DNA of 64,000 nt, taken from assembly GCA_024234075.1 (NCBI GenBank), contig JACKOV010000003.1:226673-290672 (forward strand). The letters run 5' to 3'. The stretch's first letter is position 1. Each line of letters opens with the position of its first letter. Shown one piece after another: positions 60,323-64,000 of this stretch. The position numbers were made by a program, and so were the translations under genes. The DNA is from Nevskiaceae bacterium. GTDB taxonomy: Bacteria > Pseudomonadota > Gammaproteobacteria > Steroidobacterales > Steroidobacteraceae. The notes below the pieces were generated by a model. That model was not told the DNA's origin, did not search any database, and saw nothing but the letters and a program-made list of their open reading frames with translations.

Positions 60323-62652
60323 CGGCCGCCGCCGTTCGTCGGTGACGCCGCGGCAGCGACCGTGCGGGCGCTGACGGCTTCGCGTGCCAGCCCCGCGAAT
60401 TCTTCGGCCTTCATGAAGCCGACCACGCGATAGTTGCTGCGTTCGACGCCGTCGGGCCCGTAGAACGCGATGGTCGGCGGGCCGAAGATGCCGAAGCGCT
60501 TCAGCAGCGCCTGGTCGGCCGCGTCGTTGGCGGTGACATCGGCCTGCAGCAGCACGGCGTCGCCGAGCGCGGCGATCACCGCGTCCGCAGTGAAGGTGTA
60601 CTTCTCCATCTCCTTGCAGGAGACGCACCAGTCGGCATAGAAATCGAGCATCACCGGCCGGCCGGCGGCGCGCGCCGCCGCCACCTCGCTGTCGAGCTCG
60701 TCGACGGTCTTCACGCGCCGGAACTCGAGGCCGTGATGCTCGCCGGCCATCATCGGCAGCGGCCGCAGTGGGTCGGTTCCGCCGAGCCCCGCACCGGCCA
60801 CCAGCGCCAGGCTCCAGAGACCGAGCAGCACACCGGCGACGCGCAGAGCCAGCGTCACGGGTGTGCGGCCGCGTACTTCGGTCCATAGCAGCCAGGCACC
60901 GATCGCCGCGGGCACGGCCCACAACAACAGCGCCCAGCGCTCCGGCACCACGCGCGCCAGCATCAAGGCGGCGACGCCGAGCATCAGTACGCCGAAGAAC
61001 TTCTTGACCGTGTCCATCCAGGCGCCGGCCCGCGGCAGCAGCTTGCCGGCCGAGGTGCCGATCACCAGCAACGGTGCGCCCATGCCGAGCGACATCGCGA
61101 ACAAGGCGCTGCCGCCGCGCGCCATGTCACCGGTCTGACCGATCACGGCGAGGGCCGCGAACAGCGGTGGTGCGACGCAAGCCGTGACGATCAGCGCCGA
61201 CAGCGCGCCCATGATGGCGGTGCCGCCGTAGGTGCCGGCGCGTTGCCGGTTGCTGACCTCGGTGAGGCGCGATTGCAGGGCCGAGGGCATCTGGATCGTG
61301 AACAGCCCGAACATCGACAATGCCAGCACCACGAACAGCAGACCGAACAGCACGATGATCCAGGTCTGCTGGAACGCCGCCTGGATCTGCTGGCCGGCCG
61401 CGGCCGCGGCGATGCCGGCCAGGGTGTTGGTGAACGCCATGCCGAGCACGTAGGTCAGCGACAGCAGGAAGGCGCGACGTGTGGTCACGTTGCTGCCCTG
61501 CCCGGCGATGATGCCCGAGAGGATCGGCACCATCGGCAGCACGCAGGGCGTCAAGGCCAGCAACAGGCCCAGGCCGAAGAAAGTCGCCAGCACCAGCGCG
61601 AGATTGCCGTCGCGGATCAGGATCGCGAGCCGGTCCTGCTCGGAGACGAAAGCGCCGGCCTGGTTGCCGGGCGCGCCGCCCGCCGTGGCCGTGGTGCCGA
61701 CACCTGCCGGCAGCTCGACCACGAGCCGGCGTGTCTCGGGTGGATAGCACAGGCCGGCGTCGGCGCAGCCCTGGAAACCCACCGATAGCGGCAATTCGAG
61801 CGCGCTGGCGCCGTTGCGCGAGACCGGCAAGATGGCGACCAATGTGTCGTAGTAGACCTCCTGCTCGCCGAAGAACTCGTCGGTTTTCAGTTTGCCCTGG
61901 GGCAGCTGCGCCGTGCCGAGCTGCGCCAGCGCCGGATCGGTCGAGAACTGCAGTCGGTTGCGATACAGGTAGTACCCCGGCTCGATCTGCCATTCGACCC
62001 GCACACGGTCCGGCCCGTCCTGGAAGGCGGCCACCCGGAACGCCACGTCGGGCGGCAGGAAGTCCCCGCCGTCGGTCGGGATCGGCGCTGCCAGCGGATT
62101 GGCGGCGGCGCCGGCCGCCGCGGCCTCGCTGCGGCCGAGCAGGGCGGCGAGCGCGCCGCCTCCGCTCAGCGGCACCGCGGTGTTCCAGCGCGTGGGGGGG
62201 TAGCACAACCCGGCATCCGCACAGCCCTGCAGCTTCAACACCAGCGGCAGGCTCGCACCGGCTGCCGCGGCGTCGATCTCGACCGGTACCGCTACCGCGA
62301 ACTCGCCGCGGTAGATCTCCTGGGTTCCGAAGTATTCGTCGGTGTGCGATTCGCCGGGTGGGTAGCGGGGTTCGCCGAGTTTCGCCCAGCCTGCGCCCGA
62401 CTCGAATCCCAGCCGATTGCGGTAGAGGTAGTAGCCGTCGGCGACCGTCCAGCGCACCGTGACGACGCCGTCGCGCATTTCGGTGCTGTAGCGAAATGCC
62501 TGTTCCGGCGGGATGAAGTCCTCGGCCTGTGCGGGGACGGCCAGCGCCAGCAGCAACAGCATGGCGGCGAGCAGGAGGCCCGTCCGGCCGGCCGCGCCGC
62601 GCGGGGTGTTGCGGACGCCCACGGTGGTGATCGAGTGGCAGGTCGGCAGCAT
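60319..62652 (-). CDS. dsbD: thiol:disulfide interchange protein DsbD with duplicated N-terminal (alpha) domain
   Basis: Signal peptide. Two tandem nDsbD-like modules each end in GCADAGLCYPP. The TM core carries LTPCVLPMVP and ACVAPPL, and the C-terminal Trx domain carries FYADWCVSCKEME. Start at MLPTCHS (62652) within the longer ORF. Confidence 0.9.
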   Translation of the reverse strand: MLPTCHSITTVGVRNTPRGAAGRTGLLLAAMLLLLALAVPAQAEDFIPPEQAFRYSTEMRDGVVTVRWTVADGYYLYRNRLGFESGAGWAKLGEPRYPPGESHTDEYFGTQEIYRGEFAVAVPVEIDAAAAGASLPLVLKLQGCADAGLCYPPTRWNTAVPLSGGGALAALLGRSEAAAAGAAANPLAAPIPTDGGDFLPPDVAFRVAAFQDGPDRVRVEWQIEPGYYLYRNRLQFSTDPALAQLGTAQLPQGKLKTDEFFGEQEVYYDTLVAILPVSRNGASALELPLSVGFQGCADAGLCYPPETRRLVVELPAGVGTTATAGGAPGNQAGAFVSEQDRLAILIRDGNLALVLATFFGLGLLLALTPCVLPMVPILSGIIAGQGSNVTTRRAFLLSLTYVLGMAFTNTLAGIAAAAAGQQIQAAFQQTWIIVLFGLLFVVLALSMFGLFTIQMPSALQSRLTEVSNRQRAGTYGGTAIMGALSALIVTACVAPPLFAALAVIGQTGDMARGGSALFAMSLGMGAPLLVIGTSAGKLLPRAGAWMDTVKKFFGVLMLGVAALMLARVVPERWALLLWAVPAAIGAWLLWTEVRGRTPVTLALRVAGVLLGLWSLALVAGAGLGGTDPLRPLPMMAGEHHGLEFRRVKTVDELDSEVAAARAAGRPVMLDFYADWCVSCKEMEKYTFTADAVIAALGDAVLLQADVTANDAADQALLKRFGIFGPPTIAFYGPDGVERSNYRVVGFMKAEEFAGLAREAVSARTVAAAASPTNGGGR

Positions 62653-62880
62653 CGCTACTCCTCGGTCGAATGGCTCCGCCGATGCGCCCGGTGCAGGCTG
62701 GCGCCGGCCACTGCGGTTGTGGGGCCTGCCGTCACCGCCTCGCCGGGGCAGCCACACATAACAATAATATTGTTTGAATTCATGAGCTTGCAATCATTCG
62801 ACTGCGCTTCTGCCCACAGCATACCCGGGCGGCGTGGGGAGCGTCACGCCGCATTAACCGGCCGGGGCGATGCGCCGGCC

Positions 62881-62908
62881 TTGAATTCCGGACTTTGCTC
62901 ACTATGAT
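62881..62908 (+). promoter_or_regulatory. candidate groESL promoter
   Basis: TTGAAT (62881-62886), a 16-nt spacer, then TATGAT (62903-62908). CTTGAA also resembles a sigma-32 -35 element. Confidence 0.5.
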
Positions 62909-62934
62909 TAGCAGCCACGCGGGGGGAGTGCTAA
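62908..62934 (+). promoter_or_regulatory. CIRCE inverted repeat (HrcA operator)
   Basis: TTAGCAGCC-N9-GAGTGCTAA, compared with the consensus TTAGCACTC-N9-GAGTGCTAA. The right arm is perfect and the left arm matches 7 of 9. It lies between the promoter and groES. Confidence 0.8.
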
Positions 62935-62994
62935 TACTCCTGCCCGGTTCGAACCCCTATCGTCACAACCCAAGCTTCGAGAGGAGCCACATCT

Positions 62995-63285
62995 ATGAAG
63001 ATTCGTCCGCTTCATGACCGAGTGATCGTGAAGCGCCTGGAAGAGGAACGTACCTCCCCAGGCGGCATCGTGATCCCCGACACCGCCGCCGAGAAGCCCG
63101 TCCAGGGCAAGGTGGTCGCGGTCGGCAAAGGCAAGATCCTCGAGGACGGCAGCGTCCGTGCGCTCGACGTCAAGGTCGGCGACAAGATCCTTTTCGGCAA
63201 GTATGGCGGAACGGAAGTGAAGGTCGATGGCGAAGATCTCCTCGTGATGCGCGAGGAAGACGTCATGGCCATCATCGAAAAGTAA
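62995..63285 (+). CDS. groES: co-chaperonin GroES
   Basis: [35 protein letters not shown]..., 96 aa. Confidence 0.97.
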   Translation: MKIRPLHDRVIVKRLEEERTSPGGIVIPDTAAEKPVQGKVVAVGKGKILEDGSVRALDVKVGDKILFGKYGGTEVKVDGEDLLVMREEDVMAIIEK

Positions 63286-63320
63286 GGCCCGTCCGAAACC
63301 ACTGCACTGCAAGGAACTGA

Positions 63321-64000
<680 letters not shown>

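Overview
This is a high-GC chromosomal window, about two-thirds G+C by eye. It is densely coding, with about 55 protein genes. I recognised no rRNA, tRNA, CRISPR array, transposase or integrase. Gene order (aroQ-accB-accC-prmA-DUF3426-dusB-fis-purH-purD, trxA-rho, tlpA-dsbD, CIRCE-groES-groEL) suggests a gammaproteobacterium of the Xanthomonadales/Nevskiales type; this is inference only. The left third holds a polyamine locus (speA ... homospermidine synthase), greB, an M13 peptidase, a LemA-TPM-TPM operon, an L,D-transpeptidase and an M1 aminopeptidase. The centre is the accessory part. It holds an orphan contractile-sheath-like gene beside a rhomboid gene remnant, a bicupin/alkyltransferase-like pair and plsB. 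It also holds a four-gene DUF1302-DUF1329-BNR/Ycf48-like-RND(MMPL) envelope module and a lower-GC islet. The islet encodes two tandem secreted metallo-beta-lactamase-fold paralogs, one with every metal ligand replaced, plus a secreted VOC protein. Next comes a yhiI-rbbA-yhhJ-type ABC exporter operon. The right third is mostly housekeeping. The items most worth follow-up are the orphan sheath gene with its repeat-rich leader, the MBL/pseudo-MBL/VOC islet, the DUF1302 module, a possible low-complexity N-terminal extension of Rho translationally coupled to trxA, and a DsbD with a duplicated N-terminal redox domain. I cannot show that any of these is a new system. All calls rest on reading the supplied translations and the DNA, with no database search, and start codons are often uncertain in this GC-rich sequence.
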